Shown: piece after piece, positions 40,927 to 50,821 of the stretch
How positions within the stretch are numbered: the stretch's first letter is position 1
Layout of the letters: each line of letters starts with the position of its first letter
Source of the DNA: Candidatus Latescibacterota bacterium
GTDB lineage: Bacteria > Latescibacterota > UBA2968 > GCA-2709665
Assembly (NCBI GenBank): GCA_965222075.1
Contig: OZ244937.1
Coordinates: 3,776,001 to 3,840,000 of the forward strand
Direction of reading: 5' to 3'
Length of the DNA stretch: 64,000 bases
Position numbers and translations under genes: made by a program
The notes under the pieces: generated by a model
Told to the model about the DNA's origin: nothing
The model's input: the letters and a program-made list of their open reading frames with translations, nothing else
Databases searched by the model: none

Positions 40927-42441
40927 TTATTCCTTCAACCCGTCTATAAAAACCTCCAGCGTCTCCGACCGGTCCAGCAGGGTGTTGTACTGCTCCACCC
41001 GCTCCGGATCGACCAGGTCCTTCAGGTCCACCGAATGCTGCCTTCCATTGATCGAAAAAACGATCCGGTCCCAGTTGATCGACCTGACATCGTCGCCGAA
41101 CTTTTCCAGACACTGTCCCCGGAAGTAGGCCCGCGTGCCCGACGGAGGAGAGGACATGGCCTGGGCGATCTCCTCGTCTCCCACCAGCCGGACCATTTTC
41201 CCCTGGGCCTCCAAAAGGTAATAAAGCCCCGCATCCCGGTCCACATTGTGGTATTCCAGATCCTGGCTCTGCATCCAGGCCAGATCCTTCGGGGCCTCCC
41301 AGGAGAGACCCTCCGCCTCACAGAAACAGTCTAAAAGCCACTTCTTGGTCACCCAGTCGCAAATCCCCACCAGACGACCCATCGGGTCCGATTCCAGGCC
41401 GTCTAAGACCTCTTCCCACGCCTTCAACACCCAGTCCGTCTCCGGGTCCCGCCCACCCATCTGGCGCTGCGCAAGGTCCAGATAGGCCCGCTGGATCTCC
41501 ACGGCCGGAACCAGCCGCCCTTCCACCTCCACCAGCCACTGGTAGGTCTGATCCCGGGCCACATCCTTCATCGCCGCAATCGGATCCTTCAACCCGATAT
41601 CGGGCAGCGCATCCCGTTCGATCAGGTCCACCACCAAAGCCGTCGTACCCACCTTAAGGGCGGTGATATGCTCCGACATATTGGAATCGCCCACAATCAC
41701 GTGCAGCCGCCGGTACTGCCTGGCATCGGCGTGGGGCTCATCCCGGGTGTTCACCAGCGGCCGCTTGTGCATCGTATCCACACTGGCGATCACTTCGAAA
41801 AACTCGGCCCGCTGCGACAGCTGATAAATCGCCGCCCTGTCCCCCCGTTCCACCCCCACCTTCCCGGCCCCGGCGTAGATCTGGCGGGTCGCAAAAAAGG
41901 GAAGCAACCCTTTGACAATCCGTTCAAAAGGGACCGAACGGCCCATCAGGTAATTTTCGTGACACCCGTAGCTGTGCCCTTCAAAGTCGGTGTTGTTCTT
42001 GTACATCCGCACCGACCCCTCCGGCAGTATCTCCGTCCGTCGCCGGGCGCAAATATCCACGATGCGCTCGCCCGCTTTGTCCTGCGCGACCAGCTCAAAA
42101 AGGCGGTTACACTCGCCGGTGGAGTACTCCGGGTGCGTATGGTCGTTGTAGAACCGGGCCCCATTGTAAATAATCAGATCGCTCTTGAGTTCCTTAAACG
42201 GAATCTTCCGCTTTCGATCCTGCTGCAGGTGGACCTTCTCGTCCACATCGTTTAAAAGCGCTTTCACCTCAAATCCCCGCATATCCCTGCGGGGATTCTC
42301 CAGCTGATAATCCCACAGGGGAACGAACTCCCCCTGCAGGTAACAGCGGATCAACTGCATCGACTCTTCCACCACATCGACCTTCTTGACCCCATCGATC
42401 GTGATCCCGTATTCCGTCTCCAGACCGAAAATCCGCGCCAT
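40927..42441 (-). CDS. dop: Dop-family deconjugase/deamidase
   Basis: RIFGLETEYGI, WDYQLENPRRDMRG, NGARFYNDHTHPEYST, SYGCHENY. Confidence 0.9.
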   Translation of the reverse strand: MARIFGLETEYGITIDGVKKVDVVEESMQLIRCYLQGEFVPLWDYQLENPRRDMRGFEVKALLNDVDEKVHLQQDRKRKIPFKELKSDLIIYNGARFYNDHTHPEYSTGECNRLFELVAQDKAGERIVDICARRRTEILPEGSVRMYKNNTDFEGHSYGCHENYLMGRSVPFERIVKGLLPFFATRQIYAGAGKVGVERGDRAAIYQLSQRAEFFEVIASVDTMHKRPLVNTRDEPHADARQYRRLHVIVGDSNMSEHITALKVGTTALVVDLIERDALPDIGLKDPIAAMKDVARDQTYQWLVEVEGRLVPAVEIQRAYLDLAQRQMGGRDPETDWVLKAWEEVLDGLESDPMGRLVGICDWVTKKWLLDCFCEAEGLSWEAPKDLAWMQSQDLEYHNVDRDAGLYYLLEAQGKMVRLVGDEEIAQAMSSPPSGTRAYFRGQCLEKFGDDVRSINWDRIVFSINGRQHSVDLKDLVDPERVEQYNTLLDRSETLEVFIDGLKE

Positions 42442-42466
42442 GCACCCCCAATCTTCAATCTTCAAT

Positions 42467-44227
42467 CTAAATAACCCCGCTCCCCGCCCTCCACGCCTCC
42501 CGGGTCGGCCGGATAGGAGCGGCGCGGACCACATTTTCCGGATCGTAGTCCAAAAGCTTCAGCCAGTCTTCGGTATTGTCCGTAGGCGGAAAAATCTCGT
42601 TCTCGGCATATTCGGCCTCGATGGCATGGAGTATATCCTCCATCGAGACCCCCTCCTCAACGCCCTTCGCAATCGAACGCCGGATGGCCAACTCCTTGGA
42701 CCGCCGGACAATCGACTCCAGGATCGCCCCGCTGCACAGGTCGCCTCGATGGAGAACCTCCTTGCGGGAACTGCGCAGGGTCACCTCCAGGAACCGGGTA
42801 TTGTCCCTGCGGGAAAAGATCTCCTCCACCGTCCGGTCCACAAGCGAGTCCACCGCCTGCTCCACATCGCCCCCGCACCGTTCCACCTCTTTCCGGTCAA
42901 TGGGCAAATCGGGCGTCAGGTAGATCTTCAGGATCTCCCGGCCTCCCTCTTTGTCCGGGCGCTCCACCTTGATCTTTCGATCGATCCGGCCGGGCCTCAA
43001 AAGCGCCGGATCGATCAGGTCCGGACGGTTGGAAGCCAGGATAATCACCACGTCCTGCAGCGACTCGATACCGTCCATCTCCGAGCAGAACATGGGCACC
43101 ACGGTATTTGAAATATTGTGCGACCGGATCGCCCGCCGGGTGCCTAATACCGACTCGGCCTCGTCGATAAAGACCACCGGCAGATAGCCCTCTTTCCGCT
43201 TTTCTCGCGCCCGGGCAAAAATCTCCCGCACCTGGCGTTCGGATTCGCCCAGCCACATGTTGAGAATCTCGGGACCCTTAACGTGCAGAAAGCACTCTCT
43301 CAGCGCCAGCCCGGCCTCCTGCCGCACCAGATTGTAAGCCGTGGCCTTCCCGATCAGCGTCTTCCCGCAGCCGGGGGGGCCGTAGAGCAAAAACCCTTTG
43401 GGTACGCTGTACTTGAACCGGGTGAAAAGCTCCGGATGGAGAACCGGCACCTCAATCGTATCCTTGATCGCCCCGATGGCCTCGCCCTGCCCCCCGATCT
43501 TCTCCCAGGGAATCTCCGGGATCTCTTCTAAGTAATAGTCCTTGACCTCCTTGCTCGGCATCTGCTCTAAAGCCACCCGGAAGTTGGGATCGATCCGGAC
43601 CTCCTCTCCCAATTTCAGGGACGCCTCCTCCAGGTCGCTCGATCGGATCAGGATCGCGGCCTGCAGCCCGTGCTCCTGCCCCACCCGCAGCCGTCCATCG
43701 TCTAAAATGTCCACGATCTTACCCACCGGCCCCGAAGCAGAATAGCCCAGATCCCCCACCACCGCAAAGGCCTCGTTTACCAAAACGCGCGTACCCACCC
43801 TCAGCTCGTCTTCCTTTAACCGCGTGTCCAGGTTGGCATAATATTCCGAGCCCCCCACAAAAATGTAGACCACCCCGTTCTCCGGCGGCTCTAAGAGCGT
43901 TCCAACCCGGTTTGCCGGGGCCGTCACCTTCTCCAGTGCGGCCTCCATCTCCACAATGGTCCGCCTGGCCTCCTCAAAGGTAATCTCATCCTCCTGGAGC
44001 TGCCGCCGGAGCTGGTAAAGCAGCGGACGCCGCCGGTCCTTTTCGTCCATCGACATCAAAATCTGATCGATAATGGACAGCGACTTGAAGGTATGCTGCA
44101 TGTCCACATAATCCTGAAGAAAGTCATCCGGAGACTTTCTCGGCCGGTCTGGGTCCTGTGGCCGGTTAATAGGACTCACCCCCTCAAAATAGGACCGTAC
44201 ACGCAGTACGGGACCTTCTTGCTGCAA
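42467..44227 (-). CDS. arc: Proteasome AAA+ ATPase (ARC/Mpa)
   Basis: N-terminal coiled coil, GPPGCGKT, VFIDEAE, SNRPDLIDPALLRPGRID, EIFPPTDN; start uncertain. Confidence 0.93.
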   Translation of the reverse strand: MQQEGPVLRVRSYFEGVSPINRPQDPDRPRKSPDDFLQDYVDMQHTFKSLSIIDQILMSMDEKDRRRPLLYQLRRQLQEDEITFEEARRTIVEMEAALEKVTAPANRVGTLLEPPENGVVYIFVGGSEYYANLDTRLKEDELRVGTRVLVNEAFAVVGDLGYSASGPVGKIVDILDDGRLRVGQEHGLQAAILIRSSDLEEASLKLGEEVRIDPNFRVALEQMPSKEVKDYYLEEIPEIPWEKIGGQGEAIGAIKDTIEVPVLHPELFTRFKYSVPKGFLLYGPPGCGKTLIGKATAYNLVRQEAGLALRECFLHVKGPEILNMWLGESERQVREIFARAREKRKEGYLPVVFIDEAESVLGTRRAIRSHNISNTVVPMFCSEMDGIESLQDVVIILASNRPDLIDPALLRPGRIDRKIKVERPDKEGGREILKIYLTPDLPIDRKEVERCGGDVEQAVDSLVDRTVEEIFSRRDNTRFLEVTLRSSRKEVLHRGDLCSGAILESIVRRSKELAIRRSIAKGVEEGVSMEDILHAIEAEYAENEIFPPTDNTEDWLKLLDYDPENVVRAAPIRPTREAWRAGSGVI

Positions 44228-44434
44228 ACGCTCAACTTCCCATTCCTTAGTTTAGCACAAGTCCATACCAATGTCAAGCAAAGACCTGATCCCCCCAAAA
44301 GGCTGCCTGTCCTACCTGATTCTTTTCATTCCGCTTCGAGATAGTCGCTGTACCAGAGACCGCCCAACGGCAACTCTCCGCGACTATGTTGTTCACGATC
44401 GGATCGTCGCTTGCCCGGCGAATTACGGTATTTT

Positions 44435-44995
44435 TCATCGCGCTTCGAGACGCCTGGCAAGGTCATCGAAATCATCGGGACATTTCTGCCGAATCGCGTC
44501 AATCCGGCGCGATGCCTCTTCTCCCAGAGGCTTTCGACCACCGCCGGGTGCGTCCGATAAGCCGCGCCGGGCGACAAGTGGCTCGAAGTACCGTTCCTTG
44601 ATCTGTACTTCGGCTCGAACGGTCTTCCAATTCCAATCTACGGGCAAATCCAGACCCGCGAGGACCCAGGTTTCGATCTCTTCCCAGGCATTCTCGGCCA
44701 GGAATACCCGAGCATCCCCAAACTCCTGCTCCATCTCCTGGAGCCTCTGACGCCGCCCTTCCTCGCCATCGCGATCAACGCACAAAATGAATATCTGCGT
44801 CATTCCGCCATGTCGCCTTATGATCTCCGAAATACGGCTTGATTTCAGCGCTTCGTGGACGCCGCCAAGCACGGGGTCTTCGCACACCCGGATTCGTGTC
44901 CTTCGTTTGCCTATGGAGCGAAAGAGCGACTTGAACAGAGGTTTCAGAATGAACTTGTCCTTACGAGAATCTTCGGGAATGATGAGGACGTTCAT
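44435..44995 (-). CDS. ATPase-associated hypothetical protein (TOPRIM/RloB-like)
   Basis: IIPED, LCVDRDG, EEIETWVLA acidic motifs; 4-bp overlap with the ATPase. Confidence 0.65.
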   Translation of the reverse strand: MNVLIIPEDSRKDKFILKPLFKSLFRSIGKRRTRIRVCEDPVLGGVHEALKSSRISEIIRRHGGMTQIFILCVDRDGEEGRRQRLQEMEQEFGDARVFLAENAWEEIETWVLAGLDLPVDWNWKTVRAEVQIKERYFEPLVARRGLSDAPGGGRKPLGEEASRRIDAIRQKCPDDFDDLARRLEAR

Positions 44996-46239
44996 TCTCC
45001 GTCTCCCTCCGCTTCGCCGTGGTTTTCGGTAAAGGCGAGTGCGGTTTCCATCCAGCCTTCGGTAAGCAGCCCTCCCAACCCTCTCCCGGATGTGCGCAAC
45101 GCCTTGGCGTTGGGCAGTTCGGCAACCGGGCGAATGATGGCGTCGTGCGAGTCTTCCAGCCGGCAAACGACGGACATATTTTCAAATGTGCTATCGTTGA
45201 CAAAGGTCAACAGATCCGGCGCCTGGGTGGTGGTAATCACCTGAACTTCTCCCTTTGCGGCCTGCTTTTCGATCAGTTCGAGCAAGAGCCATTGCCGCGC
45301 CGGGTGAATGCCAGTGTCGATCTCCTCAAAGAAATACAGGTCCTTGAGGTTTTCGCGAAGCAGCACGGCCAGCATGGCGAGGAAGCGGAGCGTGCCGTCA
45401 GATGCGCTGTAGGCCGACACTTTTCGGCCGTTTCCCTCGCAGAGCATGAGATGAACCCGACCGCTGGGGTCACGCGGGAACTCGAAATCTTCGACATCCA
45501 TGGGGGTGAGCTCGCGTAGCCAATCGGCCAGAATCTTCTTCCGCTTGGGATCGGCGCAGATTTCCTCCAGTACCGTCGACAAATTCTCACCGAAATCGCC
45601 CAACACGTTCGCGCCGGGGGCAGAGGGCTCCCGCATTCGTTCCGGCGCCAGTTCCGGAAAATGTATGCTGAACAGGATGACGCAGACTTTCAACATCTTT
45701 ACGAGGTGCTTCCTGAATGCTTCCTTGCTGACTGCTTTAACGCGGAGATGTTCCATAAGCTGCATCAGAACTGCTCGATCTGATTCAAGCAAAATCTCTT
45801 CCTGCTCCCTGCCCCACGCGCCGCGAACCCTGAGATCCACACCGTCACTGTGAGCTATGTAGATCGTCTCTGATTCGACTTTGAGTTCTTCTTTTTTTAC
45901 TTGAAATATACCGGGGGGGTTTTCGTCAGGACCGACCTCAATCACATAGTGCGCCCTCCCATCGTCTATCTTCATCTCAACCTCAATAGAAAACATCTCT
46001 TGCCCAAACCGCACAATCTCATTTGGAGCGCCGCGGATCGGCTTCCAGTCTGCGCCGTACTTCCCGCCAAGAATATCCGCCAGCGTGTAGCCGCGGCTGA
46101 TGCCGTGCAGGAAGCGGAAGGCGTCGCGGATATTGCTCTTGCCGCTCGCGTTCGCGCCCACGATTACCGTGAACGGGCCTACGCGCAGCGTCTCGTCCGC
46201 GAAGTTCTTAAAATTCACGAGGCGAATCGACGTAATCAT
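44992..46239 (-). CDS. ABC-type AAA_21 ATPase
   Basis: GANASGKSN, SDGTLRF, FEEIDTGIHP, ITTTQAP. Confidence 0.9.
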   Translation of the reverse strand: MITSIRLVNFKNFADETLRVGPFTVIVGANASGKSNIRDAFRFLHGISRGYTLADILGGKYGADWKPIRGAPNEIVRFGQEMFSIEVEMKIDDGRAHYVIEVGPDENPPGIFQVKKEELKVESETIYIAHSDGVDLRVRGAWGREQEEILLESDRAVLMQLMEHLRVKAVSKEAFRKHLVKMLKVCVILFSIHFPELAPERMREPSAPGANVLGDFGENLSTVLEEICADPKRKKILADWLRELTPMDVEDFEFPRDPSGRVHLMLCEGNGRKVSAYSASDGTLRFLAMLAVLLRENLKDLYFFEEIDTGIHPARQWLLLELIEKQAAKGEVQVITTTQAPDLLTFVNDSTFENMSVVCRLEDSHDAIIRPVAELPNAKALRTSGRGLGGLLTEGWMETALAFTENHGEAEGDGE

Positions 46240-46257
46240 CGGACTTCCTTCGGTTGA

Positions 46258-46530
46258 CTATTCAATGTTGTGCACGTACCGGAAGCCACCGCTGTATGCT
46301 GCGCGATGGCCGACGCGCACTCCGTATGTGACGGCCGACGGCCGCCGCTCCAAAAGCCGCCGCGTAGCCACCGCGTCCCCTGCGTCGATCTCATAGTCGC
46401 CGGTCTCAACGTCGATAACTACGAATTTTCCTTTCTCCGCCGGCTCAACTTTAGACTGGATCTGTTCTCGGTAAATGGCTTCCCCCTGGGCTGATATCTC
46501 CCCGGGGCCGTAAGTGCGATCTGCCCCCAT
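46258..46530 (-). CDS. Small hypothetical protein (DUF5678-like)
   Basis: GEAIY...GKFVVIDVETGDYEID; GAGG RBS. Confidence 0.6.
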   Translation of the reverse strand: MGADRTYGPGEISAQGEAIYREQIQSKVEPAEKGKFVVIDVETGDYEIDAGDAVATRRLLERRPSAVTYGVRVGHRAAYSGGFRYVHNIE

Positions 46531-46562
46531 GCTGTTCCTCCTGTCTCGATCTCGTCCGCAGG

Positions 46563-46680
46563 CTCTTGAGCCGCACGGCCGGCAACTTCTTCAGTTGCTG
46601 GTTGAGCGCATCGACTTCAATACTCAGGGACTCCGGAGCCGTTACCCCGAGCAACGGCTCGGCATTCGCCTCCCCAACCC
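46563..46680 (-). pseudogene. Clan AA aspartyl-protease-like C-terminal fragment
   Basis: EPLLGVTAPESLSIEVDALNQQLKKLPAVRLK; no N-terminal half. Confidence 0.5.
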
Positions 46681-46729
46681 TGTGCTCGCACGAAGCGTAC
46701 ATCGTTGGCGCAATGGAATGCCACAAAGA

Positions 46730-48639
46730 TCAAAGCGGCAGATGGGGGCCTATGTATCCAATTTCAATTTCTCGCGAGTCTGCGTCGAAACGAAGGTGAA
46801 TGCGCACACCGCTGCCAAGCCGGGCGTGCCATTCAAACAATTCTCGCGTGCCACGCCGCGACCTGAATCGACGTGCGTCGAGTAGTTTCTCATTATTCCT
46901 CACCCTCTCGCTTTCGGGAGTCACTTTGCAGGGCCACCGGGGGCTGGCCCCTCCGACGTCGCGCCATTCGGCAGCCGACTTATCAAGATCGGTGAGCCTT
47001 CTAACAATGGGCCCGAAAAACTCCGATGGCATTTCGACATCCGGCCCGAAAACAAGATTCGGGAACGCCTTTTCCCTTTGCTCCCACAATGCCGAGGGAC
47101 TCTGGAGAAGAAAGGCCGCACGGTGGCGCTCGCAGATCAAGCGAGCGTGAACGGATCGAGCAAGATTGTCTATTGTTTCGGAGGTTTCCTCAATGCTTTC
47201 GTCGAGCAGTAGCTCGCTGAAACTGACCGCGAGACGGTCGCTATCCCAGACCGGGTCCGACGGAAACCCGACGGCAATCCAATCGGTGATGGCACACAAG
47301 ACAAGCGGCTCTCCGTCTTCTGGCGGCAACTCTTTAGCGTAAGCGGCGCGCAATTCAACTCCAGACTTTGGAAGCACTTGAAATTCGACAGCTTGATCTT
47401 TCTGAGCATCACACCATCTCCCTGACCATCTTTTTGATTGCACTGAAGCGTTTTTTCACGTGTCTTGGTATTCCGGTCGAGGACGAGATTGCCTTATCGA
47501 AATCACTGTCTTCGTTCATAAGTGATATGAACCGATCTATGACTTCCTCACGTTTCTCGACAAGTCTACCGATCTGCTCGGGAGAGCATCGCGCCAGTTG
47601 AACGCTCCAGGCTTCGAACAACGCCTTACTGACCGGGAAACGGGAAACATCCCGATTGTAACGCTTACGAAACGCATCGTCGACAAAAATACAACGAGCT
47701 GCACGCATTGCTTTCTTGAAATCTTCAGCGACGGCTTCGCGTCGTTCCGGAGTCATCTTGTTGATCTTCGTCATGGTCCGTCCGAGATAGCCATCGAGAT
47801 CATTGGCGTCATAGTCCTCCCAGGGATGACGTAAAAGGCCAGAAAGCGCAAAACGCACTCGCGGTCGGCCATTCGATCTTCTCTGATCGAATGAACAGTG
47901 ACATCCTCGGTATTAGCGAGTTCTTTCAGGTATTCTCGAACCGGGCCGGGATACAGCATTTCGGATTTCCTGCGTCATACCGCCGGTATTGATACGTCGA
48001 AAAATATTGAACATCACGTCCTCGGGCGTTCCCGACTCAATAATATTCACCACAAGTTGGGTCTCACCGATCCGCCGCTGCATCGCCCGCGGCAGGTCTA
48101 TATGTCTGTCCATTGAGTTGGTCGAGATATTCGAGTCGGCTCAAGGAAAATTGGCCTGTAGCGTAGTTATAAATAGTGGACATACGCTGGACGCCGTCAA
48201 CCACGGACCAATTTTCTTTCTCATCCGCAGCCACATAGAACACGGGGATGGGAATGCGCAAGAGCAGGGATTCTATCAACCGAGACTGGCGTTCCGTTTT
48301 CCAGATGAACGAGCGCTGAAAGGGCGGCTCCAGATTGATCTCATCATACTTGATCCTCGCAACAAGCTGTTCCACGACGATATTAGCCGTCCGAACCTTT
48401 ATTTTCTCCGGATCAAATGGCCGTTCGATCTTGATCTCCGGATCGTCCCGTTCGACTTCTACGCCACTGTCTTGTTCTCCCTCAATGTCATCATCCGATT
48501 GAGAACTCATGGCGGCAATACCGGACTGCATTGCCGGTATATGTTCCTGGTTGCCGTCCTGGTCCTGGCCTGGTTGTTCCGGATTGTTATCTGTGCCGGC
48601 TGTCAGCCTGCGAGAGTTGGAGAGGAGTTCTTCAGGCAT
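46730..48639 (-). pseudogene. Decayed three-gene defence operon (DUF262, ATPase stub, third-gene C-terminus), Menshen-like
   Basis: DUF262 motifs FQRSFIW...LIESLLLRIPIP...VVDGVQR...FRRINTGG in frameshifted pieces; MLRKIKLSNFKCF...APLTL stub at 47340-47412 joined to a reading frame ending IGYIGPHLPL. Confidence 0.7.
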
Positions 48640-48849
48640 CTCAAATCCTTTGGTCCCATCGGTTGTGGAGAGGTATGTACTTGCGGACTCAAGTGTCCAT
48701 GTTATTGCCGATCACATCCCCCACACCGGGTTCGCTTCGCGCCGCACTGGACCGCCCTCGGTTAGCAAGGCGCCCTTCTTTTTCGGCCCCGAATAAGAAC
48801 ACAACAGGAGTTTCGTTGCAATCCGAAAGGTTATTTTCCAAACAGCTTC

Positions 48850-49614
48850 TTATACTGGCGGAAGCATCTCCGCTGCATTCCGCCACGCAATCCGCTCTTT
48901 AACCCACCTGGGGGCATCCAGAACATCCAACTTCAAAAACTGGGGCGTAGGAACGTTGAACGGCATCCCCGTCCCAAACGCCACGTGCCGGGGTCCTGCG
49001 GTTTCCAACAGCGCCTGGATCGTCTTCTGAAGCACCGCTGTTTGACGGGAAATTTCCACCAGAAACCGGGCCTGGGCAGGCAACCTGTTTCCATTCAGCC
49101 CCACGCCATTCAAAACCATCCATCGGGTCTTGGGACGCAGGGCAAAAGCCTTCTCAAACACACCGGGCGTCAGATCCTCCGCCAGGTCCCACCGGTGCCG
49201 CTGCCGCCGGTCCACCACCCGCATCGGAACCTGCACAGCCCATCCCAACTCCGACGCCGCATCCACCAGCTCCAGCCCCGACGCATCGGTCAACCCGTAT
49301 CCGTGGTAGTGCGGGTAAAGCCGAATTCCGCACAACTCCAGGTCCTCCGCACACCGCCGCAGGTCCTCCTCCCACCCCGCATAAGTCGGATTGAGCGTGG
49401 CAAACGGGATCAGCCGATCCCGAAAACGGCATGTCTCCCTGGCCAGTTCCTCGTTGGCCGCGTGGGCATCCTTGTAAAAAATACCGTGAACCGAAGAAAC
49501 CACGGCCCGGTCAATACCGTGCCGATCCATCTGTTTCACCAGCGCCTGGGCCGTATTGTGCCGCAGTTGGCGGAAGGGCCAGTGTCCAACATAGGTGTTA
49601 ACGTCAATAACCAT
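48850..49614 (-). CDS. Amidohydrolase-family protein
   Basis: IDVNTYVGHWPF, GIRLYPHYHGY, FGTGMP. Confidence 0.85.
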   Translation of the reverse strand: MVIDVNTYVGHWPFRQLRHNTAQALVKQMDRHGIDRAVVSSVHGIFYKDAHAANEELARETCRFRDRLIPFATLNPTYAGWEEDLRRCAEDLELCGIRLYPHYHGYGLTDASGLELVDAASELGWAVQVPMRVVDRRQRHRWDLAEDLTPGVFEKAFALRPKTRWMVLNGVGLNGNRLPAQARFLVEISRQTAVLQKTIQALLETAGPRHVAFGTGMPFNVPTPQFLKLDVLDAPRWVKERIAWRNAAEMLPPV

Positions 49615-49678
49615 TTTAGACCGATCCTTCCAGGACATTTGCAGAACGCATTGTAGCAAGCGCAGGAACGCGCCCCTC

Positions 49679-50719
49679 CTATCTTGGCTCCTGGGGATAC
49701 AGGTCCGCCACATATTTGTCATACCCGTTGAACAACAGCGTCGGCCGCCGCTCAGGACTCCCCGCATCGGTCGTAATGAACTTTTCCGTGGCCTGAGACC
49801 ACCGGGGGTGGGAGACATTGGGGTTGACATTGGCATAAAAGCCGTATTCTCTTGGAACCAGCGTATTCCAGAACGTCTTGGGCTGCTCGCGGACAAACTC
49901 AATCGCAACAATCGACTTGATACTCTTAAAACCGTACTTCCAGGGAACCACCAGCCGGATAACCGCCCCGTGTTGATTGGGCATTGCATGGCCGTAAATC
50001 CCCGTAGCCAAAAAGGCGAGTTCGTTTGCAGCCTCTTCAATCGTCAACCCCTCCACATAGGGCCACGGCCAGTGGGTATTTTTAAACTGGCCGGGGGCCT
50101 CTTCCGGCTTCATAAAAGTAGTCATCCTCACAAATTTTGCCGAAGAAAGCGGTTGCACCTCATCCAAAAGCGCCTTCATCGGAAAACCCGTCCACGGGAC
50201 CGCAATAGACCACGCCTCCACACACCGCAGGCGGTAAAGCCGTTCCTCCAGCGGCATTTTTCGGACCAGATCGTCAAAATCGTACGTCATCTCCTTCTGG
50301 ACCTCTCCCTTGACCACCACCGTCCAGGGGTCCGTCGTCAACTTTTCCGACAGGGCCTTCACCTGAGTCTTTCCAGTGCTGAATTCATAAAAATTGTTGT
50401 ACGACCCGGCAACCGACTCCTTGGTCAAAGCCCGGTCCAACGCCTTAAATTCCGGATTCACCTTGGCCGGGTACAGCGGCCCCGTTGTGGGCGTGGGCGT
50501 CGTGGGCGTCGTCGTCGTGGGCGTACTTGTATCTGGTGTCGGCGGTGTTACTTCCGGTGTTTCGGCAGGGGTAAAAATCGCCTCGCTGCCACACCCGGCC
50601 AGCAGGCCCACCGCGCCTATCCCCGTTGCCCCCGCGGCCTTCATAAACCGCCGCCGGTTCATGTAAACATCTTCAGACGTTGCCTCTCTGTCGGGTATTT
50701 CCCAGCCTCGTTTTTTCAT
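49679..50719 (-). CDS. msrP: Protein-methionine-sulfoxide reductase catalytic subunit
   Basis: NRRRFMK Tat signal, YNNFYEF, RLRCVEAWS, PWKYGFKSIKSI, HPRWSQATE. Confidence 0.95.
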   Translation of the reverse strand: MKKRGWEIPDREATSEDVYMNRRRFMKAAGATGIGAVGLLAGCGSEAIFTPAETPEVTPPTPDTSTPTTTTPTTPTPTTGPLYPAKVNPEFKALDRALTKESVAGSYNNFYEFSTGKTQVKALSEKLTTDPWTVVVKGEVQKEMTYDFDDLVRKMPLEERLYRLRCVEAWSIAVPWTGFPMKALLDEVQPLSSAKFVRMTTFMKPEEAPGQFKNTHWPWPYVEGLTIEEAANELAFLATGIYGHAMPNQHGAVIRLVVPWKYGFKSIKSIVAIEFVREQPKTFWNTLVPREYGFYANVNPNVSHPRWSQATEKFITTDAGSPERRPTLLFNGYDKYVADLYPQEPR

Positions 50720-50821
50720 ACAACCCTCCTTTTCTTTCCCGGCTCAAACACAAATGTAGAAAATTCATCCCCCCTGTGCCAAACGGATTTGGAAGCTCTC
50801 ATTCCGCAATCCGCAATCGGT

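Noticed and set aside
48700-48770. Second attC-like site upstream of the DUF262 remnant
   Set aside because: Only one core end (GCTAAC on the minus strand) is convincing; no matching partner box found.
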